Shown here in pieces: positions 30,925 through 41,864 of a DNA stretch of 64,000 bases. The stretch comes from Arenicellales bacterium (GTDB taxonomy: Bacteria > Pseudomonadota > Gammaproteobacteria > Arenicellales > JAJDZL01), in assembly GCA_965262855.1 (NCBI GenBank), contig OZ253563.1:424914-488913 (forward strand), read 5' to 3'. A program made the position numbers and the translations under genes. Every line of letters begins with the position of its first letter. Position 1 is the stretch's first letter. Under the pieces are notes generated by a model. That model ran no database searches and was not told where the DNA came from. It saw nothing but the letters and a program-made list of their open reading frames with translations.

Positions 30925-31785
30925 CTAGTTGTCCTTCGAGCCACCCACTTTCAGAAGCGTATCAAGCCCGATCACCTTTTGAACTAGCAATAGTAGAAAG
31001 AGGCAGATGATAATGACTAGTGTAGCTGAAGCCATAAGGCTGGGATCGATATCGTTTTCAAGCGCAAAGAAAATTTCAACTGGATAAGTAACGAAACCAG
31101 GAGCGCTCAGAAAAATCGCCACTGGAACATCGGAGAATGAAACCATGAAAGCGTATAGCGCGCCTGCATAGACTCCGGGCATAATAACTGGCAGCGTAAC
31201 GCGTAAAAAGGCGCGTCTCGGTGATGCTCCGTGTATCACAGCGGCTTCCTCTAGTCGTGTATCAAATCTCTGTAGGATTGCAGTGACTGTTCCGACTACG
31301 TAAGGGGTGGCGATAAAAATATGCCCGAGCGCGAGACCTACGAGAGTGCCGTGCCATTTAAGTCCGGTAACGTCACTAAGCCAATACAGCAGTTGCAGGA
31401 AAGCGATTCCGGTTACTATCGCAGGAATTTGCAGGGGAGCGCGGAAAATCGTACTGATCAGTGCTTTACCTGGAATGTTACTGCGTACTAGACCAAGCGC
31501 GGCGGGCACGCCCAACAGGCAGGCGAAGAGTGACGCTATTGTCGCGAGAGTGAAACTCAGCGCCAGCGCTTCAATCTGTGCTTGCGGAATTTGAGTGTAC
31601 CAATACAAAGATAGTGTTTCAGGTGGAAACTTGAAGGAAGCCTCAACGTTTTCTGTCGGACCGTTCAATGACGTGCCGATAACGACCAGAATGGGTGACA
31701 AAAGAAAAATGTACGAAAAAGAACAGTAAAGTCCATAAAAAAATCGGCCGATCGATTTACGAATTTTGTAGGGTGAGGTCTTCAT
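30925..31785 (-). CDS. ABC permease (PotC-like)
   Basis: LEEAAVIHGAS EAA loop; FMVSFSD. Confidence 0.92.
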   Translation of the reverse strand: MKTSPYKIRKSIGRFFYGLYCSFSYIFLLSPILVVIGTSLNGPTENVEASFKFPPETLSLYWYTQIPQAQIEALALSFTLATIASLFACLLGVPAALGLVRSNIPGKALISTIFRAPLQIPAIVTGIAFLQLLYWLSDVTGLKWHGTLVGLALGHIFIATPYVVGTVTAILQRFDTRLEEAAVIHGASPRRAFLRVTLPVIMPGVYAGALYAFMVSFSDVPVAIFLSAPGFVTYPVEIFFALENDIDPSLMASATLVIIICLFLLLLVQKVIGLDTLLKVGGSKDN

Positions 31786-31794
31786 GGACAGTAC

Positions 31795-32649
31795 TTAGAC
31801 CATTACGAGATGAGCGGCACGCAAGCGCCGCAGCAAATAGATGGAAAGAATGTTAATCACGATCACCGAAACCAGAAGCACTGCGGCAATCGTCGCGCCC
31901 ATTGAGTACTTGATGTCCATCATGATAATCCTCTGAATCATTACGGGAAGCGTGAAAACGCGTCCACCTCCAAGCAGTGCCGCTGAAGTAAATGCTCCCA
32001 TGCACATATTGAACACCATTAGGAGCATTGCTGTAACACCTGGCAGAGCGAGAGGAAAAATTACCCGATAGTAAACCCGCCAGCGACTGGCGCCATGTAT
32101 TTGTGCCGCGGATTCCAGTGAAATTGGAATCGTTTGAATAATACTGTAGAGCAGTAAAACACCAAATCCGAGCGTAAAATGCATTAATCCAATTACTACT
32201 CCGGTTTCATTGCCGAACACTGAGTACGGCGTGTCAAACAATCCAAGTTTGAGCATTGTCTGATTAAATAAGCCTTGAGCGGAAAATATGACGATCAGGC
32301 CATAAACTTTGATCACGATGGTGATGAATGTTGATACTACAATTCCAGCCAGCAAAACCATGGACCAGCTGGACCGCATTCGCGTAATCAAATAGGCGAC
32401 TGGAAATCCCAAGATCAATGTCGACAGCGCCGCAAGCGCCGAAGTCTTAACTGTAACCCACAGAATCTTGAGATAAAATCCATCTGTCAAGAATCTTACA
32501 TAGTTTTCAATTACCAGTTCATCGCCTGTGCGTCCAAGTCCGAGATCTTGAAAAAAGCTAGCTCGTAGAAAGATGATTTGTGACCCGGCGATCAGAGTGA
32601 AACCGATGACTAAAGGAGGGATGAGCAGTATCCACCATCTAACCCACAT
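31795..32649 (-). CDS. ABC permease (PotB-like)
   Basis: LGFPVAY; LESAAQIHGAS; ALLGG. Confidence 0.92.
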   Translation of the reverse strand: MWVRWWILLIPPLVIGFTLIAGSQIIFLRASFFQDLGLGRTGDELVIENYVRFLTDGFYLKILWVTVKTSALAALSTLILGFPVAYLITRMRSSWSMVLLAGIVVSTFITIVIKVYGLIVIFSAQGLFNQTMLKLGLFDTPYSVFGNETGVVIGLMHFTLGFGVLLLYSIIQTIPISLESAAQIHGASRWRVYYRVIFPLALPGVTAMLLMVFNMCMGAFTSAALLGGGRVFTLPVMIQRIIMMDIKYSMGATIAAVLLVSVIVINILSIYLLRRLRAAHLVMV

Positions 32650-33011
32650 TACGACCTCTCAATTGTCAGCGGGGCGACTGCTCCAAATTTAAACGTAAAC
32701 TTAGTCATCTCATCCTCTTCCGGATTTGGTTTAGTGCCAATTGCCGTATTTTGCAAAAAAGTGTAAAAAAATTGTTCTAGATTGAACCCGGGTATCGTGA
32801 TACGATTTCTCCAGTCATGAATGATTCACGTTCATCATCGGAATATTCATCGGTCGCAATATAGACGTTCATGATGTCGTAAGAATTTACACTACGCTAT
32901 CAATACAGATTATTCCAAGAAATTCATGTTGGCTAGAGTAGATTAACACACTTGCTTGAATTCACTGAAGCGGAGATTTACGTAATTGAAATTTTTTAGT
33001 CAGATGACAAA

Positions 33012-33308
33012 TTAAAGGAATTTCGCAGCGATTTCGCCGCAGCGAGATTGTCTTGTGGGGACTTTGGTGCTAATGTAGCATGGTTAATGTTAAGTTCTAA
33101 GGCCTACAACTTGTTTGCCTTGATGCGGATGGTATTGCCGATTTGGTGGTCAACTGCCCGTGCGCCCACAGTGCGTTTGCGTCTGTCTGATGTTGCCGCA
33201 CAGATCGTATGCCATGCCAGACAACGGACAGTGAAGGTTAATGCCTTCCACTGTCAGAAGATTGACGAAGCGCTGGATCAAATTCGAGGCTTTCCGCTTC
33301 TGATATGA
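33012..33308 (+). pseudogene. IS1380-family transposase C-terminal remnant
   Basis: KEFRSDFAAARLSCGDFGANVAWL...AYNLFALMR...TVRLRL...AAQIVCHARQ; no N-terminal part. Confidence 0.7.
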
Positions 33309-33771
33309 ACCGGCCCCCTTGTGCGGTGCTTGTCTGAACTCTGCTTGAATTGATTCCGAATCTTCGGAACGGTTGCGCACCTGCGCACAGTGGCAAAATG
33401 CCAGCAGACAGTGCATCAGGTTCGTAATCACTTGCAAATTCAGACAAATTCCAGCCTGCTGTACCTGTCTTCGATAATCAGAGCAAAAAATTCTAGTTAA
33501 ATCGCTAAAATCTTGCTACTGATCACCGAATTGATTCTCTAATTGTGGATTTGGGATTTAATTTGCAACTGTTTTCAATATCGAAAAAAGGTATATTCAG
33601 CACAATGGAGTTGGACTGCACAAGGTAGATTGATGAAAAACCGTATTCATCAATCAGTCCGTAAAATATGAATTTGTCATGTACACAGCAGCTTGTATTT
33701 AAATTGATCGAATAGATGTTCGTGGATTGGCAAATAGAGAAAGCTCGCACTTTCGCAGTACGGTTTAACAC

Positions 33772-34611
33772 ATGACTGTCAGCAGTTCCCAAGCCGCTAC
33801 AAGGAAACGTCCTCCGACACCGGGGATACTATTCACGCGAAAATCTCCTCTCATTGATGTTGCGCAGCTGTTGATACTCGCTGGTGCTACGGCCTGGTTG
33901 ATATTCAAAGGCGCCCAGGCAATGCAGTACAACTGGCAGTGGTACCGCGTTGATCAGTTCATTTATCGGATCGTAGATGGTGAGTTCATACTCGGCAGAT
34001 TGTTGGAAGGACTCATCGTCACTTTCGAGATCACTGCGTTCAGCATGGTCTTTTCAATTTTGATCGGACTGATTACTGCCTTGTTGCGGATGTCCAATTC
34101 GTTTTCAGGCAAGCTGTTGGCGAACATCTACCTCGAAATGATCCGAAACACGCCGTTGCTCGTTCAACTGTTTTTGTTCTATTTCATTATCGCTCCGATT
34201 GTAGGCATCGATCGATTTTGGACAGGAGTACTGTGCTTGAGCTTTTTCGAAGGCTCCTTTGCAACGGAGATCATTCGGGCCGGTATTCAGTCGGTACCAC
34301 GCGGCCAGACCGAGGCAGCCAAAGCCTTGGGTTTCAGTCGATTTGACAGGTTTCGCGACATAATTCTGCCGCAATCCATTCCGTTGATCCTGCCGCCAAT
34401 GACTGGACTGATTATTAATTTGATCAAGCACTCTGCAATTGTGAGCGTAATTGCAGTTGCAGATTTGACTACAGAAGGACTGAACATTATTTCGGAAACC
34501 TTTATGGCTTTCGAAATCTGGTTTACAGTTGCTGGAATTTATCTCGTAGTAACTGTATCACTCTCGTTATTCGTTTCGTGGATGGAATCTCGAGCCACCC
34601 GCGGGCGATAA
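33772..34611 (+). CDS. Polar amino acid ABC permease
   Basis: IRNTPLLVQL, EIIRAGIQSVPRGQTEAA. Confidence 0.93.
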   Translation: MTVSSSQAATRKRPPTPGILFTRKSPLIDVAQLLILAGATAWLIFKGAQAMQYNWQWYRVDQFIYRIVDGEFILGRLLEGLIVTFEITAFSMVFSILIGLITALLRMSNSFSGKLLANIYLEMIRNTPLLVQLFLFYFIIAPIVGIDRFWTGVLCLSFFEGSFATEIIRAGIQSVPRGQTEAAKALGFSRFDRFRDIILPQSIPLILPPMTGLIINLIKHSAIVSVIAVADLTTEGLNIISETFMAFEIWFTVAGIYLVVTVSLSLFVSWMESRATRGR

Positions 34612-34640
34612 CATTAATCTCAACAAGGAGAATTGAAAAT

Positions 34641-35465
34641 ATGAAAATTAAATTTGTTTTAACCTCACTTTTAGCCGCTGCTGCAATCGCGTTTGCAGGC
34701 ATAGCAGGCGCCGCTTCTCAGGAACTTGCTTCAAGCAGTGTACTGGAAGAGATTAAGAAGAGAGGATCTCTGCGCGTAGGAATGTCTACCTTCGTTCCGT
34801 GGGCGATGCGGGACAAACAGGGTAATTTAATCGGATTCGAGATCGATGTGGCAACCAAGGTTGCCGAAGATATGGAGGTAAAGATCGAATTCGTGCCGAC
34901 TGCCTGGTCTGGAATCATCCCAGCCTTGCTCGCACAGAAGTTTGACGTCATCATCGGTGGTATGTCCATTACTCCCGGTCGAAATCTGACGGTAAACTTT
35001 ACCGCTCCATATGCACACTCTGGACAGCAAATGGTTGCAAACAAGGCGTTGGCAGATGGATTTATGCTGGACCAATTCAATGATTCCAGCGTAACAATCA
35101 CTTGTCGCCGAGGAGCAACGCCTTGTAACGTGGCACAAAATCAGTTTCCGAAAGCAAGTGTCGCTCGTTTCGACGACGATGCGCAGGCATTTCAGGAAGT
35201 GGTGAATGGCAACGCACATGCGATGATTTCGTCAGCGCCGAAACCGCGTTTCTGGATGAGCCGTTATCCCGAAAAACTGTTCATGCCGACGGAAGAAAAC
35301 CTTACGACAGGTGACGAGGCTTTTGCGCTGCGCAAAGGCGATCCGGATGCAATGAACTTTTTCAGTAACTGGATTCTTGTGAATACCAGTAACGGTTGGT
35401 TAAAGGAAAGACATGACTTCTGGTTCACCACCCAGACCTGGGCAGAACAAGTAGTAGAGCAGTAA
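34641..35465 (+). CDS. Polar amino acid ABC substrate-binding protein
   Basis: AAGGAG RBS, signal peptide, GFEIDVA, WSGIIPAL, FDVIIGGMSIT. Confidence 0.93.
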   Translation: MKIKFVLTSLLAAAAIAFAGIAGAASQELASSSVLEEIKKRGSLRVGMSTFVPWAMRDKQGNLIGFEIDVATKVAEDMEVKIEFVPTAWSGIIPALLAQKFDVIIGGMSITPGRNLTVNFTAPYAHSGQQMVANKALADGFMLDQFNDSSVTITCRRGATPCNVAQNQFPKASVARFDDDAQAFQEVVNGNAHAMISSAPKPRFWMSRYPEKLFMPTEENLTTGDEAFALRKGDPDAMNFFSNWILVNTSNGWLKERHDFWFTTQTWAEQVVEQ

Positions 35466-35478
35466 TTCAACGGTTGAT

Positions 35479-35513
35479 TTGCATTTCCCCGGTGTGAATC
35501 CGGGGAAATGCAA
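35479..35513 (+). terminator. Stem-loop after the SBP gene
   Basis: 14-bp perfect stem ttgcatttccccgg-tgtgaat-ccggggaaatgcaa. Confidence 0.65.
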
Positions 35514-35536
35514 TCTTTCGAACTTTTGAAATCACG

Positions 35537-36448
35537 ATGTCTGAATATCGACTTCCTCCACCTGTAAAGCACGTAAAGAGAGTAACAAATCTCGATATCG
35601 CTGTGATCGGCAGTGTCATTGCGGTCTTGGTATTCGTGTACTACCGTGTGGAGCATGTTCTGGTTTACAACTGGAATTGGGGACTGGTTTTCGAATACGT
35701 GATCAGAATTGATGAAGTTACCGGAGAAATTTTCCCCAATCTTTTTTTGAAAGGCGTTGCGATGACGCTGAGACTCGCCTTTTGGGGAACCATTATTGCG
35801 GCAATAATCGGCATCATTATGGGATTGTGTCGAGTCAGCAGCAATCTATTCTTCAAAGTCGGCAGTCGTCTTTACGTAGAGCTGATCCGCAATATCCCTC
35901 CAGTCGTTTTCATCTTTGTTTTCTACTTTTTTATCAGTAGCCAGATCATACCTTTGCTCGGACTAGACCGGGTGGCCGATACGGCCTCACCCTCTACGAT
36001 TGCCGTGATGGAGGTTCTATTCGGTCCAATTGAGTTATTCACTAATTTTCTTGCGGGTTTGATTTGTTTGGCAGTTTTCGAAGGGGCTTACATCACTGAA
36101 ATTGTCAGGGCCGGCATTCAGTCCATTGGAAAAGGGCAGTGGGAAGCTGCACGAGCAATCGGACTCTCACGGTACTGCGTTCTGCGAGACGTCATTCTCC
36201 CTCAAGCACTCAAGACAATTCTGCCACCTCTCGCCGGTCAATTCATCACTTTGGTGAAAGATTCAAGTATTGTTTCACTAATTTCCGTGCAGGAACTGAC
36301 GTTTCTGACACAAGACGTATCCAACACAACAACGCACTTCTTTGAAGCCTGGATGATTACTGCGGCGTTGTATTTCATGATGTGTTTTCCACTCGCTGTG
36401 TTGTTCCGGAGATTCGAGCGATTCGGAATTGGAATGCAAAAACTCTAG
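35537..36448 (+). CDS. Polar amino acid ABC permease
   Basis: ELIRNIPP, EIVRAGIQSIGKGQWEAA. Confidence 0.93.
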   Translation: MSEYRLPPPVKHVKRVTNLDIAVIGSVIAVLVFVYYRVEHVLVYNWNWGLVFEYVIRIDEVTGEIFPNLFLKGVAMTLRLAFWGTIIAAIIGIIMGLCRVSSNLFFKVGSRLYVELIRNIPPVVFIFVFYFFISSQIIPLLGLDRVADTASPSTIAVMEVLFGPIELFTNFLAGLICLAVFEGAYITEIVRAGIQSIGKGQWEAARAIGLSRYCVLRDVILPQALKTILPPLAGQFITLVKDSSIVSLISVQELTFLTQDVSNTTTHFFEAWMITAALYFMMCFPLAVLFRRFERFGIGMQKL

Positions 36449-36458
36449 GAATAACTGA

Positions 36459-37238
36459 ATGAATGAAGTTCAAGAAATGAAAAAAAAGCACACTGTTGGC
36501 GATAAAGAATTTCTAAAAATGATCGGCGTCGGCAAGTGGTATGGAGACTTTTGCGCGCTGTGGGATATTAATCTCACGGTGCACTCCGGCGAACGAGTGG
36601 TTGTTTGCGGGCCGTCTGGATCCGGCAAATCAACAATGATTCGTTGTATAAATCTACTTGAAACCTTTGAAGCAGGGCAAATACTGATCGAAAATGAGCC
36701 AGTTGTCAGCGATCCCAAATCAATTCAAGCAACTCGTCGGAGAGTCGGCATGGTGTTTCAGAATTTCAATCTGTTTCCTCACATTACAGTGGTTCAGAAC
36801 CTGATGCTGGGCCCGATTCGCAATCTCAAAGTCTCAAAGAAGGAAGCAGAGGAAACGGCGATGCAATATCTTGAGAAAGTGCGTATTGCCGAACAAGCCA
36901 AGAAATACCCAAGTCAGTTGTCCGGCGGACAGCAGCAGCGAGTGGCAATTGCGCGTTCGCTGTGCATGAATCCGGAAATGATGCTGTTTGACGAACCGAC
37001 ATCCGCCCTCGACCCGGAAATGATTTCTGGTGTCCTGGATATCATGGTTGAACTTGCCGAAGGCGGCATGACCATGATCGTAGTTACCCACGAAATGGGG
37101 TTTGCCAAGAAGGTTGCCGATTCAATGGTGTTCATGGACCATGGCGAAATCGTAGAAATTGCACCACCTGACGAATTCTTTTCCACTCCCAAGAGCGATC
37201 GTACAGAGCTTTTCTTAAGTCAGATTCTTTCACACTAG
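36459..37238 (+). CDS. Polar amino acid ABC ATP-binding protein
   Basis: [35 protein letters not shown]. Confidence 0.95.
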   Translation: MNEVQEMKKKHTVGDKEFLKMIGVGKWYGDFCALWDINLTVHSGERVVVCGPSGSGKSTMIRCINLLETFEAGQILIENEPVVSDPKSIQATRRRVGMVFQNFNLFPHITVVQNLMLGPIRNLKVSKKEAEETAMQYLEKVRIAEQAKKYPSQLSGGQQQRVAIARSLCMNPEMMLFDEPTSALDPEMISGVLDIMVELAEGGMTMIVVTHEMGFAKKVADSMVFMDHGEIVEIAPPDEFFSTPKSDRTELFLSQILSH

Positions 37239-37253
37239 TGGCGCCGGCTTGAC

Positions 37254-38537
37254 TTGGAATTGATGCGATCGCAAGTGAAACCTAAGCAACGCTATTCTCT
37301 GCTCAGCTTGATAGGTGGTGCTTTTCAACACCACCGTAATTGGCAGGAAGCCTGGAGTAGCCCAACAGTTCAGTCTCAGTACGACGTTTTGATTATTGGT
37401 GGCGGTGGTCATGGCCTCGCAACTGCCTACTATCTTGCGAAAAACCACGGCATTAGAAATGTCGCGGTCATTGAGAAAAACTGGATCGGAGGTGGTAACA
37501 GCGGGCGCAATACAGCCGTCATCCGTTCAAACTATCTGCGTGAGAACAGTATTCGATTCTTCGACAAATCGGTACAGTTATATGAAGAACTGAGCCGCGA
37601 ACTGAACTACAACATAATGTTCAGTCAACGAAGCGAAGTTGATGTTCTGCTTACGAACGCCAGTATGCGTAATATGAGACGCAGGGCATTGAATATGAAC
37701 TCCCTGGGTGTAGATTTTCGTATGCTGTCCGCGCAAGAAGTACGCAAACGCATTCCTGTTATGGCTCCTTTGAAGAACTGTCGCTTACCGATTCTAGGTG
37801 GGTCGGTACAGGAGAGAGCCGGAATTGCTCGCCATGATGCCATTGTTTGGGGCTATGCCCGAGCAGCGGACGCTTACGGAGTGGACATCATTGAGAACAC
37901 GGACATCAATGCGATCCGTCGTGGTAAACACGGAGAAGTAACTGGAGTAGAAACCAATCGAGGTTTCGTGAAAGCAGGTAAAGTTGCAGTCGCAGCGGGC
38001 GGTGATAACACTGCAGTTGCAAGCCTAGTGGATTTAAGGCTTCCGATTCGAACATTCAATTTGCAAGCCTTCGTATCAGAGCCCATCAAACCGGTACTGG
38101 ATGTTGTCGTGAATTGCCCGGATCTGGGTGTGTATCTGAGTCATTCGGACAAGGGTGAGCTAGTGATTGGTGGCATGACGGACCCGCAGCAGATTTCTTA
38201 TCGAAGAGGTGGGAAACTGTCGGTTCTGGAAGATACAGTAAGTGGATTACTTGAACTGTTTCCAAGCTTTCGGCGTCTCAAACTACTTCGCCAATGGGGC
38301 GGTTCACTGGAATTTGCACACGATGGAAGCCCGATCGTTTCAGACACTTCGGTCAAAGGATTCTATGTCAGTGCCGGTTGGTGGGGTGGGTTCAAGGCAA
38401 TTCCTGCGGGTGGTATGACATTTGCGCATGTGATTGCTAAAAATGAACCACATCCGCTATCTACAAAATATCGACTGGATCGGTTTGCCACACTTGACTA
38501 TCTACTGGAAGGCGGCACTACCGTTCCTACGCATTGA
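37254..38537 (+). CDS. soxB: Heterotetrameric sarcosine oxidase-family beta subunit
   Basis: GGGGHGLATAYYLAKNHG, GGGNSGRNT, ARHDAIVWGYAR, GGFKAIPAGG. Confidence 0.9.
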   Translation: MELMRSQVKPKQRYSLLSLIGGAFQHHRNWQEAWSSPTVQSQYDVLIIGGGGHGLATAYYLAKNHGIRNVAVIEKNWIGGGNSGRNTAVIRSNYLRENSIRFFDKSVQLYEELSRELNYNIMFSQRSEVDVLLTNASMRNMRRRALNMNSLGVDFRMLSAQEVRKRIPVMAPLKNCRLPILGGSVQERAGIARHDAIVWGYARAADAYGVDIIENTDINAIRRGKHGEVTGVETNRGFVKAGKVAVAAGGDNTAVASLVDLRLPIRTFNLQAFVSEPIKPVLDVVVNCPDLGVYLSHSDKGELVIGGMTDPQQISYRRGGKLSVLEDTVSGLLELFPSFRRLKLLRQWGGSLEFAHDGSPIVSDTSVKGFYVSAGWWGGFKAIPAGGMTFAHVIAKNEPHPLSTKYRLDRFATLDYLLEGGTTVPTH

Positions 38538-38647
38538 CGACGGATTATTACTCGAGTCACAGCAAGGTATTCTTGTGATCCATCTCAAATTTGTACTTTC
38601 CTGTTGCCAGCAAATATGATGCTAAACTGGATAAGGAATATATATTT

Positions 38648-38893
38648 ATGTTATTGATATCATGTCAATATTGCGGTACGCGTGCAGAAACAGAATTTCG
38701 TTGTGCAGGGCCGATACGTCCTCCACGCAGTCATTTTGTTGGTGCTAGTGAAGAAGAGTGGATTGAGTATCTGTGTTACGCAGACAATCATAGGGGCGAA
38801 CTGGAAGAGAACTGGTGTCACGAAAAAGGGTGCGGGGAATGGTTTCGCTTGCGTCGCAACACCGTTACTCACGAGATTATTGAAGTCGACTGA
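38648..38893 (+). CDS. soxD: Sarcosine oxidase-family delta subunit
   Basis: MLLISCQYCG.R.E.EF ... WCHEKGCGEWF...RNTVTHEI zinc-binding pattern. Confidence 0.9.
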   Translation: MLLISCQYCGTRAETEFRCAGPIRPPRSHFVGASEEEWIEYLCYADNHRGELEENWCHEKGCGEWFRLRRNTVTHEIIEVD

Positions 38894-38898
38894 ACATT

Positions 38899-41862
38899 GT
38901 GACTGTTTCGAATATTCGTCGATTGCCAGATGGAGGGTGGGTTGACCGTAGTCGTCCTCTGAAATTTCGTTTTAACGGAAAAGACTACACCGGATATTCT
39001 GGAGATACACTGGCATCAGCACTGATGGCGAACGGAGTTGATGTCCTGTCTCGTAGTTTCAAATATCACAGGCCTCGAGGAGTGCAAAGTGTCGGAGCCT
39101 CTGATGTTTCCTCGATGGTACAAATATGCGGTGCTGAAGAATCCCCCAACGTGTTGGCGAGCGTGCAGCCGCTTCATGGAAATCTGGAAGCACGCAGCGT
39201 GAACTGCTGGCCGAGTGTGGAATTCGACTTTGGAGCAGTCATCAGCACAATTTCGCCAATCATTCCTTCCGGTTTCTACTACAAAACTTTCATGTGGCCA
39301 CACTGGCACGTATTCGAACCCATAATTCGAAAGGCGGCTGGCTTCGGCAAGGCACCTGGTCAGGTTGCTGATAGATCTTTTCAGAACCGGTTCGACCATT
39401 GCGATGTGCTCGTTGTAGGGAGCGGGCCCTCGGGTCTCATGGCAGCTTTGTCTGCTGCTAGATCAGATGCGAGAGTCGTGTTGGTTGACGAGATGATTCA
39501 TCCGGGTGGAAGCTTGCTCTACGGAAATTCGAGTATTGATGGCTATCCTGCTCGACAGTGGGTGCAGAATTGTGTGAATGAACTACTTGAATTTGAAAAG
39601 GTGACACATTTGCAGAATGCAACAGCTTGGGGATATTTGGAAGGAAATATGGTCTGTGTTGTTGAGAAAAAGCCTTGTTCATCGGAAATTTCGGAATGCA
39701 ATTGGAAAATCTGGGCGAATCAAGTTGTCTTGGCGACTGGGGCAATTGAACGTCCGATTGTTTTTGCCAACAACGATGTACCAGGCGTCATGCAGTGCTC
39801 AGCAGTGCGTACTGCGTTACAAACCTATGCAGTAGTTCCGGGTAAACGTGCTTTACTTTTTACCAACAACGACAGTGCATACGAAACGTTGGAACAACTC
39901 CATAGCGTTGGAATTGAAATCGCTGCAGTAGTGGATGTGCGAACCACCGTCCGTACGGAATTGAAAAGACTTGCCGAGAAAACGGGTACGGAAATCCTGG
40001 AGGGATATGTTGTCAGCAAAGCATTGGTTGGTCGAAAGCGGGTTAACGGAGTACTGGTGACATCGCTTACAAATCCCCAATCGGTTCGACAGATTGAGTG
40101 CGATTTAGTTTGTGTCTCCGGCGGCTGGAATCCGGCAGTGCATTTGTTCTCGCAATCGCGCGGATCACTGAAATATGATGATTCAATTGCAGGATTTGTA
40201 CCGCACCAGGCACAACTTGCGACGCATGTAACGGGAGCTATGAATGGGGTATTTTCGCTTCATAACTGTGTCGCAAGTGGAAGTTCTGTTGGAGCGAAGG
40301 CGGCAACAGCGGCCGGATTTCATGCACAGTCAATCCGAGTTCCGGAAGTCATGGATGGAATACTGTCTGATTATCACATTGAACCCTTCTGGAGCGTAGA
40401 AACCGGAGAACGCCCCGCCAAGGCTTTCATCGATATGGCGGGTGACGTAACGGTGTTCGATCTACAGCTTGCAGCACGAGAGGGGTATGCTCAAATTGAA
40501 CACCTCAAACGCTATACGACAACGGGGATGGGGCTTGATCAAGGCAAGACTGCGAATGTGAATGCGATTGGAATCATGGCTAATCTGACTGACAGCCATC
40601 CTTCTGAAATTGGTACGACAACATTTCGGCCGCCCTATACACCGGTAGAATTTGGAGCGATTGCAGGCAGTCGCCAAGGAAAAGAGGTATTACCTTACCG
40701 GCACACCCCTATGACGCAGTGGCATCGGCAACAGGGTGCTGTGATGTATGAAGTCGGTGCGCGTTGGAGACGACCAGGTTACTATCCCAAATCCGGCGAA
40801 TTAATGGACGAAGCCGTACGACGTGAGTGCCGCGCCGTCAGGACGCAGGTTGGAATGTATGATGGCTCTCCGCTCGGCAAGTTCGAGTTGTGCGGTGAGG
40901 ATGTAGTCAAAATGTTAAATCTCGTTTATACGAACAACTTTGAGCGACTGAAAATCGGACAGGGACGTTACGGAATCATGCTAACAGAAGACGGTCTGAT
41001 ATTTGATGATGGAGTCACCTTTCGTCTTGATCAACAACGTTACCTGATGTCCTGTTCAACTGGCGGAGCCTTGCACGTCGAAAGTAAGCTGGATCAGTTA
41101 GTTCACATTGATCAGCCGAATTTGAAATGTATAGTTACACCGGTTACTTCGCAATGGGCCAATGCCACGGTTTGCGGACCAATGGCAAGACAAATGCTTG
41201 AAACAGCCGATACCGACTTGGACTTTTCACGTGAATCTCTTCCATTCATGCAAATGAGCGAGGGGCACATTAAAGGTATGCCTGTTCGGGTGTTTCGGGT
41301 CAGTTTCACCGGTGAACTGAGCTTCGAAGTCAATGTTCCATCGAGATTTGGATTGCAGCTTTGGGAATACCTCATGGAACTTGGTGCAGACTGGAATATC
41401 TGTCCGGTTGGGTCGGAATCCAGCCATGTCCTTCGCGTTGAGAAAGGCTTTCTTTCGCTTGCGCATGAAGCCGATTCAACTGTCGATCCCATTGATCTCG
41501 GAATGAAGTGGCTGATTGATAGCCGGAAGCCGGACTTTATTGGCAAAAGAGCCATGGAAATTCGTCGGCGCCACCAGCAAAATCGACCAGAGCTTGTGGG
41601 ATTGCTGCCGAAAAATCCAAATCAGTTGATTGCTGAAGGTGCACCACTGAAATCCGACTCTACCGAGGATGACTCCGAAGGATTCGTGACCGCCAGCGTT
41701 TGGAGTGACGTGTGCAATCGGACCATTGCGTTGGCATTATTAAACGAAGGGCGGTCTAGAGAGGGTGAAACAGTGAATGCTTGGATGGAGGGTAAAATTC
41801 TGCCTGCTGTTGTTACGCAGCCGATATTTTATGACCCACAAGGCGTGAAGTTGCGAATGTAG
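38899..41862 (+). CDS. soxA: Sarcosine oxidase-family alpha subunit
   Basis: GDTLASAL, SRSFKYHRPRG, GFYYKTFM, HLKRYTT.GMG.DQGK, GcvT-like C-terminus. Confidence 0.93.
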   Translation: MTVSNIRRLPDGGWVDRSRPLKFRFNGKDYTGYSGDTLASALMANGVDVLSRSFKYHRPRGVQSVGASDVSSMVQICGAEESPNVLASVQPLHGNLEARSVNCWPSVEFDFGAVISTISPIIPSGFYYKTFMWPHWHVFEPIIRKAAGFGKAPGQVADRSFQNRFDHCDVLVVGSGPSGLMAALSAARSDARVVLVDEMIHPGGSLLYGNSSIDGYPARQWVQNCVNELLEFEKVTHLQNATAWGYLEGNMVCVVEKKPCSSEISECNWKIWANQVVLATGAIERPIVFANNDVPGVMQCSAVRTALQTYAVVPGKRALLFTNNDSAYETLEQLHSVGIEIAAVVDVRTTVRTELKRLAEKTGTEILEGYVVSKALVGRKRVNGVLVTSLTNPQSVRQIECDLVCVSGGWNPAVHLFSQSRGSLKYDDSIAGFVPHQAQLATHVTGAMNGVFSLHNCVASGSSVGAKAATAAGFHAQSIRVPEVMDGILSDYHIEPFWSVETGERPAKAFIDMAGDVTVFDLQLAAREGYAQIEHLKRYTTTGMGLDQGKTANVNAIGIMANLTDSHPSEIGTTTFRPPYTPVEFGAIAGSRQGKEVLPYRHTPMTQWHRQQGAVMYEVGARWRRPGYYPKSGELMDEAVRRECRAVRTQVGMYDGSPLGKFELCGEDVVKMLNLVYTNNFERLKIGQGRYGIMLTEDGLIFDDGVTFRLDQQRYLMSCSTGGALHVESKLDQLVHIDQPNLKCIVTPVTSQWANATVCGPMARQMLETADTDLDFSRESLPFMQMSEGHIKGMPVRVFRVSFTGELSFEVNVPSRFGLQLWEYLMELGADWNICPVGSESSHVLRVEKGFLSLAHEADSTVDPIDLGMKWLIDSRKPDFIGKRAMEIRRRHQQNRPELVGLLPKNPNQLIAEGAPLKSDSTEDDSEGFVTASVWSDVCNRTIALALLNEGRSREGETVNAWMEGKILPAVVTQPIFYDPQGVKLRM

Positions 41863-41864
41863 CC

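Noticed and set aside
33523-33792. 89-aa minus-strand ORF upstream of the amino acid ABC operon
   Set aside because: AT-rich promoter region, no motifs, overlaps the permease start
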